From contig CALVMV010000002.1 of NCBI GenBank assembly GCA_944349375.1, positions 106,899-170,898 of the forward strand: 64,000 bases of DNA, written 5' to 3'. The position numbers and the translations under genes are program-made. Below are positions 7,118-16,492 of the stretch, in pieces (within the stretch, counting starts at the first letter, position 1; each line of letters starts with the position of its first letter). The notes beneath the pieces were generated by a model, which saw only the letters and a program-made list of their open reading frames with translations, did no database searches and had not been told where the DNA came from. Origin of the DNA: an uncultured Clostridia bacterium. GTDB taxonomy: Bacteria; Bacillota; Clostridia; Christensenellales; UBA1242.

Positions 7118-9428
7118 TTTCCATCTCCTTCATCTGCCAAATTACATATTGATTTTTATGCCAATCACCTGGCCAAGAGCCACTTCCTGCATATTTAAAA
7201 TCATTAAAATTTGGTGCTTTCAATATTTTGCTTTTTGGATTTTTTTTTATAAAATCATTTATTGCTGTCCAGTTTGGCAAAATGCCAATACCACAAGTAA
7301 CAATTTTGATAGGATTTTGTGGATTTTCTAAATTGTATTCTTCTACAAAAGCACTAACCCCTTCCATAGCTTTGTCATATATCGCTTTTCGTTTATCATC
7401 TCTTCCAATATACTTTTGATTTACTTCAAAGTCATTTACTACTGCATAACCCTCTTTTCTATTTACATAAATTATTCCAAAAGAAATTATATTGTTATCA
7501 AAATCTCTAATCACCAAAGGTTGTATATCTGGGTGAATTATCATCGCTCTCATCGCACCAGCGCCCGCTCCATAAAGCGTTGCACAACAACTTGTCATAC
7601 AACCTATCGAAAAGTTTGCAGGATCGCTTTTCGAAAGGACTTCATATGTAAATACTGAAGATGTATCTTCAATTTGGTCATATAATATTTCACTGCCATC
7701 TTTTAAAATTTGCTCTTTTAATAATCTTGTTTTTTCCCTATACTCATCTAAACTTTTTATTCTATCTTGTTTTATAGGTTTAGATAAAATATCTTTTACC
7801 CCACTTTCTTCTCTTTCTCTATCTATTTCTTTCGCTTTATCAAAATGCTTTTGCTCATATATATTATATTTAGAAATACTTTCTGCAAGTTCTTTATCTC
7901 TTTGCGTTACAATGCCACTAAATTTTGTTTGAGCAAATTCTTTTTTAAGATATTCGACTGTTGGCGCTCTCCAGTGCATTCTATCGACACCATTTTCACT
8001 AGTTTCATACACTAAAACCTTAAATCTATCTTCCTCTCTAGTAGGCAAGAGCGAATTATTTGATTGTTGAAGATTAAGTTCAGTTCTAAATTTAAACCAG
8101 TCACAAATTCTAGGCAAAAGTTCAAGATTTTGTTTAATGTCAGACCAATTAGTTTTATTTGTAACAAATTTAGCAAATTCTTGATTATATCCATGCATTT
8201 TGAAAGCCTGAAGGTTCATATGAAGCTCTGATAAATTCAAATCGTCATGATTAAGCACTCCTTGCATAAAAGTGTAGGCAATAGTTGAAACAGGCACCAA
8301 ATTAGGTTGTCCATTTTTAAGTTTTCCAATCTCAACTTGCTTAGTTTTATCCTCTACCATTCCTATGTTTACACACAGGTTAATAAACTCTTGAAGACTA
8401 TCTATATTTAGCCCTTTATTTTTTGCTAATTGATATATTCTATTCATTTGCTTGAAATCTGCATTAGGATTATTTTTTATGTATTCAAATACTTCAGGGG
8501 TCAGTAAATCTCCGCTTATATTAACATCTTTAAATTTAACATTTTTTACACCATAAAAAGCATCTTCCCCAATTGCAGTGACACCTTCTGGTATGGTTAT
8601 ACTTGTTAAACTTAAACAGCTAGAAAAAGCATATTCCCCAATTGCAGTAACACCTTCTGGTATGGTTATACTTGTTAAACTTAAACAGTTATAAAAAGCC
8701 CCTTCTCCAATTTTATTGACACCTTCTGGTATGGTTATACTTGTTAAACTTAAACAGTTATAAAAAGCCCCTTTTCCAATTTGAGTAACGCTTTCTGGTA
8801 TTGTAATATTAGTTAAACTTGAACAGCCATAAAAAGCATATTTTCCAATTTCAGTAACACTTTCTGGTATTGTAATACTTGTCAAGCTTGAACAGTTAGA
8901 AAAAGCAAATTCCCCAATTTCAGTAACACCTTCTGGTATGGTTATACTTGTTAAACTTGAACAACCACGAAAAGCATCATCCCCAATTGCGGTAACACTT
9001 TCTGGTATGGTTACATTTGTTAAACTTGAACAGCCAGAAAAAGCATGATCACCAATTGCAGCAATGCTAGAAAGTATTGTAACACTTATTAAACTTGAAC
9101 AGCCAGTAAAAGCATAACTCCAAATTGCAGTAATGCTAGAAGGTATTGTAACACTTGTTAAACTTGAACAGTTAGAAAAAGCCCAGCTACCAATTTCAGT
9201 AACACTTTCTGGTATGGTAATACTTGTCAATCTTGAACAGCCAGTAAAAGCATAACCCCCAATTGCCGTAATACTAGAAGGTAGTGTAATGCTTGTTAAA
9301 CTTGAACAGTGAGAAAAAGCCCCATACCCAATTGCAGTAACACCTTCCCAAAATTTATTAGGTTTTTCCTTTAAGATTCTAATATCAAATCCTTCTACCT
9401 TTAATAAAACACCGTTTTCAACTTTCAT
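7107..9428 (-). CDS. BspA-type leucine-rich-repeat protein with a large uncharacterised C-terminal region; no signal peptide
   Basis: About eleven 23-aa repeats (ITIPESVTEIGxxAFxxCSSLTS) span roughly aa 27-295. A further ~470 aa follow that I cannot assign, including the motif CMTSCCATLYGAGAGAM. The N-terminus MKVENGVLLKVEG is not hydrophobic. Confidence 0.8.
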   Translation of the reverse strand: MKVENGVLLKVEGFDIRILKEKPNKFWEGVTAIGYGAFSHCSSLTSITLPSSITAIGGYAFTGCSRLTSITIPESVTEIGSWAFSNCSSLTSVTIPSSITAIWSYAFTGCSSLISVTILSSIAAIGDHAFSGCSSLTNVTIPESVTAIGDDAFRGCSSLTSITIPEGVTEIGEFAFSNCSSLTSITIPESVTEIGKYAFYGCSSLTNITIPESVTQIGKGAFYNCLSLTSITIPEGVNKIGEGAFYNCLSLTSITIPEGVTAIGEYAFSSCLSLTSITIPEGVTAIGEDAFYGVKNVKFKDVNISGDLLTPEVFEYIKNNPNADFKQMNRIYQLAKNKGLNIDSLQEFINLCVNIGMVEDKTKQVEIGKLKNGQPNLVPVSTIAYTFMQGVLNHDDLNLSELHMNLQAFKMHGYNQEFAKFVTNKTNWSDIKQNLELLPRICDWFKFRTELNLQQSNNSLLPTREEDRFKVLVYETSENGVDRMHWRAPTVEYLKKEFAQTKFSGIVTQRDKELAESISKYNIYEQKHFDKAKEIDREREESGVKDILSKPIKQDRIKSLDEYREKTRLLKEQILKDGSEILYDQIEDTSSVFTYEVLSKSDPANFSIGCMTSCCATLYGAGAGAMRAMIIHPDIQPLVIRDFDNNIISFGIIYVNRKEGYAVVNDFEVNQKYIGRDDKRKAIYDKAMEGVSAFVEEYNLENPQNPIKIVTCGIGILPNWTAINDFIKKNPKSKILKAPNFNDFKYAGSGSWPGDWHKNQYVIWQMKEMENER
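8543..9350 (-). repeat. tandem 69-bp coding repeats (LRR units)
   Basis: Nearly identical 69-nt units recur in frame, for example cttctggtatggttatacttgttaaacttaaacag at 8581, 8650 and 8719. Confidence 0.85.
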
Positions 9429-9487
9429 AAAAATTTTTTCTCCAACCCCCTAAAAAATAATAAAAAAATGATAAAATAATTTTTATT

Positions 9488-9516
9488 ATTTTACCATTAA
9501 CAAGCCAAATTGTCAA
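9488..9516 (-). promoter_or_regulatory. sigma-A-type promoter of the LRR operon
   Basis: The minus strand reads TTGACA, then 17 nt, then TAAAAT, about 60 nt upstream of the ATG at 9428. Confidence 0.5.
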
Positions 9517-9588
9517 TTACAATTTTTTAAGCAATACAATATTTTTTTATCCTAAAATTTTTTATATTGGTTATAAAATAACTTTAAA

Positions 9589-11370
9589 TTATATTTTATA
9601 TTCTTCACTTTCTTTTTCCCAAGTTTTCATCATATTTTCTAAATATTTAAAAGCGACATTATATGCTTCTCCACTTTCCAAATCACAATTTGACTTCTTT
9701 AAAATATTTGTAGGAGTATCAGAGCATCCAGCTGACAAAAATCTATAGTAATCTTCTAAAGCTCCTTTTTCGTTATTTAAAATTCTTTGAGCAAAATTAA
9801 TTGCACATATTAAGCCTGTTGCGTATTTATAAACATAAAATTCTGTAAAGAAATGTGGAATTCTAGCCCATTCAAAAGCGATCTCTTTTATCAATTTTAC
9901 TTTTCCGAAATATTTTTTATTAAGATCAAAATAATGATTGCAAAGAACATCTTTTGTCAAAGGTTTATCTTCTTCGTGCATTTTGTGAATATCTGCTTCA
10001 AATTCAGCAAACATTGTTTGTCTAAATATTGTTGATTTTACATCTTCAAAAAGTTTGTTATACAGACTAAATCTTTCACTTCCTTTTGCATTTTTAAGTA
10101 AATAATTTAAAAGTAACATTTCGTTTGTTGTGCTAGCAATTTCTGCAAGAAAAATAGTATAAGCACTCAGTGGTCTTGATTGAGCTTTATTCGAAAAATA
10201 AGAATGCATTGCATGCCCTAATTCATGAGCGAGTGTAAAGATAGAATCAATATCCTCAACAAAATTGCAAAGTACAAATGGGTGGTAATCATATATTGCA
10301 TTTTCGTAAGCCCCAGATCTCTTGTTTTCATTAGGCATAACATCAATCCATCTTTCATCTTTAGCTTTTTGTAACAAACTAACATATTCTTCCCCCAAAG
10401 GAGAGAGAGCTTTTTTTAACAAATCAATAGCTTCATTATAGGTATATTTTTTGCTTTTCGCTTGCGGTAAGGCAGCCATATGGTCATAAATATAAAAATC
10501 TTTGATATTTAAAATCTTTTTCTTTAAATTAAAATATCTAAATAATACTGGCAAATTTTTATGGACCTTATCAATTAAAGTGTCATAAACTTTTCTGTCA
10601 ATTTCTTCATCAAACAAAGCTTCATTTAATGCAGACGAATACTTTCTAATTTTCGCAAAATAGCAGTCAAATTTAACTTTATTTATATAGTTTGAAGCAA
10701 AAGTATTAATGTATTGCCCATATTTTCCATTTAAACAAGCAAAAGCATTTTTTCTCAATTCTCTATCTTTTGATCTAACATATACCCCATATTGAGATTG
10801 GTCAAACTTGTGTTTTTTACCTTTACTATCAGCAATATCATCAAACTTGAAATCTACATCACTTAGATTTCGCATTACTGAAGAATAACCAAAAAAGTTC
10901 ATTCCTGAAAGTAAGTTTTCTTGATCATCAGATAAAATATGTGGTTTATCTTTTTTTATACTTTCGAACATTCTTTTATAATCTTTAAATTTTTTGTCGG
11001 TAATAATGCTATCAATTAACTGATCAGGCAATTTATGAATTTGATTTGATAACGGAGAAACAATCATAGAAAGTTTTTGATTTAAATTTTGCACTTTTTG
11101 ATATAAAAAGTTACTTTTTTCATTATCAAGTTGCTCATCTCTTTTTAAATAAATATATAGAATAATTGGCTCAAAAATTTTATCAAACTTCTCAGAAAAA
11201 GAAAGATACTCCCAAATAGTATCCTTATTGTCTAATTTCCCTTCAAATTTTTTGAATTCTGGAATAATCTTACTAATTTTGTTTAATTGCTGTTCAAAAG
11301 TTTTTTCATCTTTGCAAAGACAATCTATATCCCATTTATAATTTGAAGAAATTTGACTTCTTTTTTTCAT
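9589..11370 (-). CDS. pepF: oligoendopeptidase F (M3B family)
   Basis: A 593-aa protein with the zinc motif HELGHAMH and the PepF-like length and layout. Confidence 0.9.
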   Translation of the reverse strand: MKKRSQISSNYKWDIDCLCKDEKTFEQQLNKISKIIPEFKKFEGKLDNKDTIWEYLSFSEKFDKIFEPIILYIYLKRDEQLDNEKSNFLYQKVQNLNQKLSMIVSPLSNQIHKLPDQLIDSIITDKKFKDYKRMFESIKKDKPHILSDDQENLLSGMNFFGYSSVMRNLSDVDFKFDDIADSKGKKHKFDQSQYGVYVRSKDRELRKNAFACLNGKYGQYINTFASNYINKVKFDCYFAKIRKYSSALNEALFDEEIDRKVYDTLIDKVHKNLPVLFRYFNLKKKILNIKDFYIYDHMAALPQAKSKKYTYNEAIDLLKKALSPLGEEYVSLLQKAKDERWIDVMPNENKRSGAYENAIYDYHPFVLCNFVEDIDSIFTLAHELGHAMHSYFSNKAQSRPLSAYTIFLAEIASTTNEMLLLNYLLKNAKGSERFSLYNKLFEDVKSTIFRQTMFAEFEADIHKMHEEDKPLTKDVLCNHYFDLNKKYFGKVKLIKEIAFEWARIPHFFTEFYVYKYATGLICAINFAQRILNNEKGALEDYYRFLSAGCSDTPTNILKKSNCDLESGEAYNVAFKYLENMMKTWEKESEEYKI

Positions 11371-11374
11371 AACA

Positions 11375-12073
11375 TCACCTCATAAAATATTTACTTATAA
11401 AAAACTTTTTCCATGGCTGACTATTTTCGTCAGGAGGCACTACAAAAATCATTTTTTGTTTAATAGTAGGATGTTCAAATTCTAATCTTCCTGCCCATAA
11501 AGCTAAATTTTGAGTAGTTCCTTTCAAGTTTTTCCCATATTTTTTATCCCCAATAATAGGACAATTTATCCCAGCAAATTGAACTCTGATCTGATGAGAA
11601 CGCCCTGTTATCAAGTTTACCATACATAAATTTTCATCATCTTCTGTTTGTAAAACTTTATAACGAAGTTCAGCTTTTTTTGCGCCATCTTCTCCAAGTG
11701 GAACAATTTTTACAATATTTTCCTTATTGTCTTTTTTTAAATAGTTAGTAAGCGAACCTTCTTTTTCTTTTAAAACTCCTTTGCATACACAATAATAAGT
11801 TTTCTTCATAGTATTGTTTTTTATTTGGTCACTTAACCTTGAAGCAGATTTTGAATTACGAGCAAAAACCATAATCCCACCCGTAGGTCTGTCAAGCCTA
11901 TGGACAAGCCCGATAAAAGCTTCTCCTGGCTTATTATATTTTTCTTTAACATATTCCTTTACTAAAGACAACACATCTTCATCTTCCGACTCATCTTTTT
12001 GCGAAGGTATGTTATGTGGTTTAACTACCACTATAATTTGGTTATCTTCGTATAAAATGTTTAATTTTTCCAT
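11375..12073 (-). CDS. RluA-family pseudouridine synthase
   Basis: Catalytic motif HRLDRPTGG and SHQIRVQ are present. No S4 domain. Confidence 0.85.
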   Translation of the reverse strand: MEKLNILYEDNQIIVVVKPHNIPSQKDESEDEDVLSLVKEYVKEKYNKPGEAFIGLVHRLDRPTGGIMVFARNSKSASRLSDQIKNNTMKKTYYCVCKGVLKEKEGSLTNYLKKDNKENIVKIVPLGEDGAKKAELRYKVLQTEDDENLCMVNLITGRSHQIRVQFAGINCPIIGDKKYGKNLKGTTQNLALWAGRLEFEHPTIKQKMIFVVPPDENSQPWKKFFISKYFMR

Positions 12074-12085
12074 ATTTTTTCCTTT

Positions 12086-12934
12086 TTAATTCCAAATTTT
12101 CAATCCCCTTGCCCCACAAGGTAAAACAAGCCCATCATCACAAGGAAGTCCGATTTCATCAGCATCAATATTTTCTTTGCCAAAACAAATAGATAGAACA
12201 TTTTTTAAAACACATGGTTGAAGCCCTGTAGTATAAGATGAAATTAATACAAATAGCGGATTGTCTGATAAAACTTTTTTGCATAGAGCAACAAAATCAA
12301 ATAAATCTTCTTCTAATTTCCAAGTTTCCCCATTTGTCCCCCTTCCATAACTTGGAGGGTCCATGATAATTGCATCATATTTATTTCCACGCCTTATTTC
12401 ACGCTCAATAAATTTTTTGCAATCATCAATCAAAAATCTTATGTTTTTTATTTCGTTTAAACTTGCATTTTCTTTTGCTCTATCAACCATGCCTTTGCTT
12501 GCGTCAACATGAGTTACAATAGCCCCTGCTTTTGCACAAACAACACTCGCAGCTCCAGAATAAGCAAAAAGGTTTAAAACCTTTATTTCTCTTTTTGCAT
12601 TTTTGATTAAATTACTAATATTTTCCCAATTAACAGCTTGTTCAGGGAAAAGTCCTGTGTGTTTGAACCCCATAGGTTTAACCAAAAATTTTATTCCTTG
12701 CCAACCGATAATCCACTGCTCCGGCAATGTTTTGTTAAAGAACCATTGTCCACCACCACTACTATTTCTCTTATAATAAGCATCTACAGAATGTAATTTT
12801 TCAAGTGGCAAGTGGGCTTTCCAAATGACCTGAGGGTCAGGCCTAATCAAGAAAAAATCTCCCCATTTTTCAAGCTTTTCTCCATCACTTGAAGAAATAA
12901 CTTTATAATCAACCCAATTTTGTGCAACTTTCAT
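12086..12934 (-). CDS. class I SAM-dependent (RlmI/RlmK-like) RNA methyltransferase
   Basis: SAM-binding motif LNLFAYSGAAS and the catalytic-type motif IIMDPPSYGRG are present. Confidence 0.7.
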   Translation of the reverse strand: MKVAQNWVDYKVISSSDGEKLEKWGDFFLIRPDPQVIWKAHLPLEKLHSVDAYYKRNSSGGGQWFFNKTLPEQWIIGWQGIKFLVKPMGFKHTGLFPEQAVNWENISNLIKNAKREIKVLNLFAYSGAASVVCAKAGAIVTHVDASKGMVDRAKENASLNEIKNIRFLIDDCKKFIEREIRRGNKYDAIIMDPPSYGRGTNGETWKLEEDLFDFVALCKKVLSDNPLFVLISSYTTGLQPCVLKNVLSICFGKENIDADEIGLPCDDGLVLPCGARGLKIWN

Positions 12935-12956
12935 AAAATCCTCACTTTATAAGTAT

Positions 12957-12998
12957 AACAAAAAAGACAACTTTAAATCAAGTAATAAAGTTGTCTTT
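12957..12998 (-). terminator. Rho-independent terminator after ileS
   Basis: An 11-bp stem (AAGACAACTTT/AAAGTTGTCTT) is followed by TTTTTTG on the minus strand. Confidence 0.7.
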
Positions 12999-13033
12999 AA
13001 AAGAAATTAATGCCAATTTAATAAAGTTTTAAA

Positions 13034-16000
13034 TTACAATTTAGAAATATAAATTACAAACTCATTATTAGCCACTTGTAAAGAAGTAGAAAAGGCACCA
13101 TTTACACCAAAAGTTATGCTGTCAGCAAGTAAGGTTTTTTGTAGATAGTTTTTATTTTTTTCAACTAAAGACTTAAAGTTTTCATCACAAGAAATTTCTA
13201 TTTTTATGTGATCAGTAACATTAAAGCCACTATCTTTTCGAAGATTTTGAACTTTGCTAACTAATTCGTTGATCAATCCTTTATTTATTAAATCTTCTGA
13301 AAGCGTAGTATCTAAAACTACAGTAATCTTTCCATTAGAAGCAGAAGAGTAACCTTCTTTATTTACAAGACTAATCAACAAATCATCTTTTGATATTTCC
13401 ACTTCTTGACCATCAAAATTGAGCTCAATTATTTCGCCATTTCTTACTTTTGAAACAACTTCGCTAGCATCACATTTATCCAAAAATTCTCTTATCTTTC
13501 CTAAGTATTTACCATATTTAGGCCCCAAAGTTTTAAGTTGTGGTTTTAAAGAATATGAAACGAATTCATCTGCGTTATGAAGAATTTCAAGATTTTCTAC
13601 ATTCAATTCATCTTTAATTAAATCTTTAAGTTCTTCATTAATAGATATATTTTCAGTTGCACAAATGATAACTTTTGAAAGTGGTTGACGATTTTTTACT
13701 CCACTTGTGTTTCTGCAAATTCTTCCATTTTCTACAATTTCCAAAACTTGATCCATACCTTCATTTAAAGATTGGTCAATCATTTTTTCATTTGCAACAG
13801 GGAAAGAACAGAAATGGACACTTTCAGGAGCATTTTTATCCAAATTGCAAACAAGATTTTGATAAATTTCTTCAGCTAAATAAGGGACAAAAGGAGCAAT
13901 AACCTTGCTTAGACCTACCAATACTTCGTATAAAGTTTTATAAGCTGCAATCTTATCTTCACTTTCTTCGCTTCCCCAGAATCTTTCTCTCGAACGACGA
14001 ATATACCAATTAGACAATTTATCAACAAAAGCACTTATTTCTCTCGCAGGTGTTTGCATATCGTATTTTTCTAAACAACTATCGACAATCTTAATTAAAG
14101 CATTAAAATCGGATAATAACCATTTGTCTAAGAAAGACAATTTGCAATCTTCTAGATTAAATTTAGTCGGATTGATTTTATCAATTTCTGCATAAAGAAC
14201 ATAGAAATAGTAAACATTCCACAAAGTTCCCATAAACTTTCTTTGCAAGTCAACCAAATTTTCTTCAATGAATGGCAACCCTTGAGCAGGATTACAACTT
14301 GAGAAGAAATACCATCTCACGCCATCTGCTCCATATTTATTAAGAACATCCCAAGGATCAACACCATTTTTTAAACTTTTACTCATTTTTAAGCCGTGTT
14401 TGTCTAAAACAAGTCCCAAAACATTGCAAGCTTTATACGGAGTTTTTCCAAAAACAGCAGTATTTACAGTGAGTAATGTGTAGAACCAACCTCTAGTTTG
14501 GTCAATAGCTTCACTAATATAGTCAGCAACAAAGGCTTTTTCAAAAATTTCTTTGTTTTCAAAAGGATAATGATATTGAGCAAAAGGCATTGCACCACTA
14601 TCAAACCAGCAATCCATAACTTCAGGAGTTCTATGCATAGTTTTGCCACAAATTGGACAAGCAAATGTCAATTTATCTAAAGTTGGCTTGTGCAAGTCTA
14701 TATCACCTTTTACTCCAGTCAACTCTCTTAATTCTTGCACTGAACCAATCACATGAATGTGTCCTTCATCACAAACCCAGAAAGGTAAAGGTGTTCCCCA
14801 GAAACGATTTCTAGAAATATTCCAGTCGATATTGTTAGCAAGGAAATTTCCCATTCTTCCATTTTTAATGTGGTCAGGAATCCAATTAATTAATTGATTA
14901 TTTTGAACAAGTTGTTCTTTAATCGCCGTCGTTTTAACAAACCAAGCATCTTGAGCGTAATACAAAAGAGGACTTTTGCATCTCCAACAATGTGGATAAG
15001 AGTGTTCAAAAGGCAAAACTTTGAAAAGTTTATCTTCACTGCTTAATTTTTCTATAACCAACTTATCTGAATCTTTAACAAACATGCCTGCAAAATCGGT
15101 TTCTTGACTCATTTGCCCATATTTATCAACAAGTTGGATAAAATCTAAGCCATATTTTTTACCAACCTGTGCATCATCTTCTCCAAAAGCAGGAGCAATA
15201 TGAACAATACCTGTTCCATCTTCAGTAGTTACATAATCATCTACAGTTACAAAGTATCCAGTTTTAACTTTATCTTTTACATAATCAAATAAAGGTTGAT
15301 ATTTGTGATATTCAAAATCTTTACCTTTCTTTTTGTAAACAACTTTATAAGAATCTTCTTCAAATAAAGTAGGCAAAAGTTTTTCAAGCATGATATAATT
15401 TTTGCCATTGCTTTCCACTTTGGCATAAATTTCGTTAGGATTCATACAAAGAGCAACATTTGAAGGCAAAGTCCAAGGAGTTGTTGTCCAAACAAGAAAA
15501 TAAGTGTTATCTTCTTCTAAAGACTTAAACTTAACAAACACGGAATTTTCTTTTAAAACTTTGTAGTTATCACCATTTTCAAGCTCTGCTTTAGAAAGTG
15601 AAGTCCCACATCTAGGACAATAAGGAACAACTTTATGTCCTTTATAGATAAGTCCTTTTTCGTGCATTTGTTTTAATGCCCAAAAAATACTTTCAATATA
15701 GGAATTTTGATAAGTAATATAAGGATTTTCCATGTCAACCCAGTAAGCAATTTTATCAGTCAAATCTTCCCACATAGATTTGTATTGCCAAACCGAATTT
15801 TTACATAATTCAATAAATTTATCGACACCGAATTTTTCAATGTCTTTTTTCCCATTAAAGCCCAAAGTTTTTTCTACTTCAACTTCAACAGGAAGACCGT
15901 GCGTATCCCAACCAGCTTTACGGAAAATGTAATATCCTTTCATTGCTTTAAATCTTGGAATAACATCTTTCATTGCTCTAGTTAAAACATGCCCAATGTG

Positions 16001-16165
16001 AGGCTTTCCATTAGCTGTAGGTGGTCCATCATGCAAGACAAAATATTTGTCTGAGTTTGCATTTTGAGTAAGAGCCTTTTTTACAATATTATTTTCTTTC
16101 CAAAATTGAGAAACTTTTTTCTCGTTTGCAACAAAATCTAATTTGCTTTCAACTTTACTATACAT
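13034..16165 (-). CDS. ileS: isoleucine--tRNA ligase (type 2, long form)
   Basis: HIGH motif PHIGHV, the KMSKS motif, 1043 aa, and a preceding Ile-specific T-box leader. Confidence 0.97.
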   Translation of the reverse strand: MYSKVESKLDFVANEKKVSQFWKENNIVKKALTQNANSDKYFVLHDGPPTANGKPHIGHVLTRAMKDVIPRFKAMKGYYIFRKAGWDTHGLPVEVEVEKTLGFNGKKDIEKFGVDKFIELCKNSVWQYKSMWEDLTDKIAYWVDMENPYITYQNSYIESIFWALKQMHEKGLIYKGHKVVPYCPRCGTSLSKAELENGDNYKVLKENSVFVKFKSLEEDNTYFLVWTTTPWTLPSNVALCMNPNEIYAKVESNGKNYIMLEKLLPTLFEEDSYKVVYKKKGKDFEYHKYQPLFDYVKDKVKTGYFVTVDDYVTTEDGTGIVHIAPAFGEDDAQVGKKYGLDFIQLVDKYGQMSQETDFAGMFVKDSDKLVIEKLSSEDKLFKVLPFEHSYPHCWRCKSPLLYYAQDAWFVKTTAIKEQLVQNNQLINWIPDHIKNGRMGNFLANNIDWNISRNRFWGTPLPFWVCDEGHIHVIGSVQELRELTGVKGDIDLHKPTLDKLTFACPICGKTMHRTPEVMDCWFDSGAMPFAQYHYPFENKEIFEKAFVADYISEAIDQTRGWFYTLLTVNTAVFGKTPYKACNVLGLVLDKHGLKMSKSLKNGVDPWDVLNKYGADGVRWYFFSSCNPAQGLPFIEENLVDLQRKFMGTLWNVYYFYVLYAEIDKINPTKFNLEDCKLSFLDKWLLSDFNALIKIVDSCLEKYDMQTPAREISAFVDKLSNWYIRRSRERFWGSEESEDKIAAYKTLYEVLVGLSKVIAPFVPYLAEEIYQNLVCNLDKNAPESVHFCSFPVANEKMIDQSLNEGMDQVLEIVENGRICRNTSGVKNRQPLSKVIICATENISINEELKDLIKDELNVENLEILHNADEFVSYSLKPQLKTLGPKYGKYLGKIREFLDKCDASEVVSKVRNGEIIELNFDGQEVEISKDDLLISLVNKEGYSSASNGKITVVLDTTLSEDLINKGLINELVSKVQNLRKDSGFNVTDHIKIEISCDENFKSLVEKNKNYLQKTLLADSITFGVNGAFSTSLQVANNEFVIYISKL

Positions 16166-16168
16166 AAA

Positions 16169-16431
16169 CCCTCCAAATTATGCGCAATAAAAAAGCCTTA
16201 AAGCCACAAGAGCCTTAAAGGCATTATAACCACTTGTCAACTTTATAGCAGGCAAACACCCACCCCTTCTGTTACGGGAAGTCCCGACAAAATTTACTCA
16301 GCCAAGCCTTTCAAAATTGTAGCTCCAAAAGTGATAACCTTTTAAAATCTTATATTTCTTTACACCAACCAGAAACTCTCTTAATCAAGAAAAATAAAAG
16401 GTGTTGTCTTTTATCGACGCATTTTAATAAC
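16169..16431 (-). promoter_or_regulatory. T-box riboswitch leader (Ile specifier AUC) with intrinsic terminator at 16189-16222
   Basis: The minus-strand RNA carries an AGAGAG bulge motif, GGUUGGUG distal-loop-like sequence, specifier context GGUUAUCAC (AUC at 16333-16335), GAGUA (AGTA box), CCGUAA (F-box-like) and GGGGUGGGUG (T-box-like). A GCCUUUAAGGC/GGCUUUAAGGC hairpin plus U6 then precedes the RBS GGAGGG. Confidence 0.75.
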
Positions 16432-16437
16432 GAGATA

Positions 16438-16466
16438 ATTAAAACACAAAATACAAAAATTGTCAA
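16438..16466 (-). promoter_or_regulatory. sigma-A-type promoter of the ileS leader
   Basis: The minus strand reads TTGACA, 17 nt, then TGtTTTAAT (extended -10). The -35 box lies in the 3' arm of the upstream terminator hairpin. Confidence 0.5.
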
Positions 16467-16487
16467 GCAAAAATAAAAGCTTGACAA
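16460..16487 (-). terminator. Rho-independent terminator of the HEPN-CBS gene
   Basis: A 9-bp inverted repeat (TTGTCAAGC/GCTTGACAA) is followed by TTTTTGTATTTT on the minus strand. Confidence 0.6.
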
Positions 16488-16492
16488 TATAA

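Noticed and set aside
8543-9350. Regular 69-bp repeats (and 102-bp repeats at 32196-33234), considered as a possible CRISPR array or satellite.
   Set aside because: The repeats are contiguous with no unique spacers, are in frame, and translate into LRR and WG protein repeats within long ORFs.
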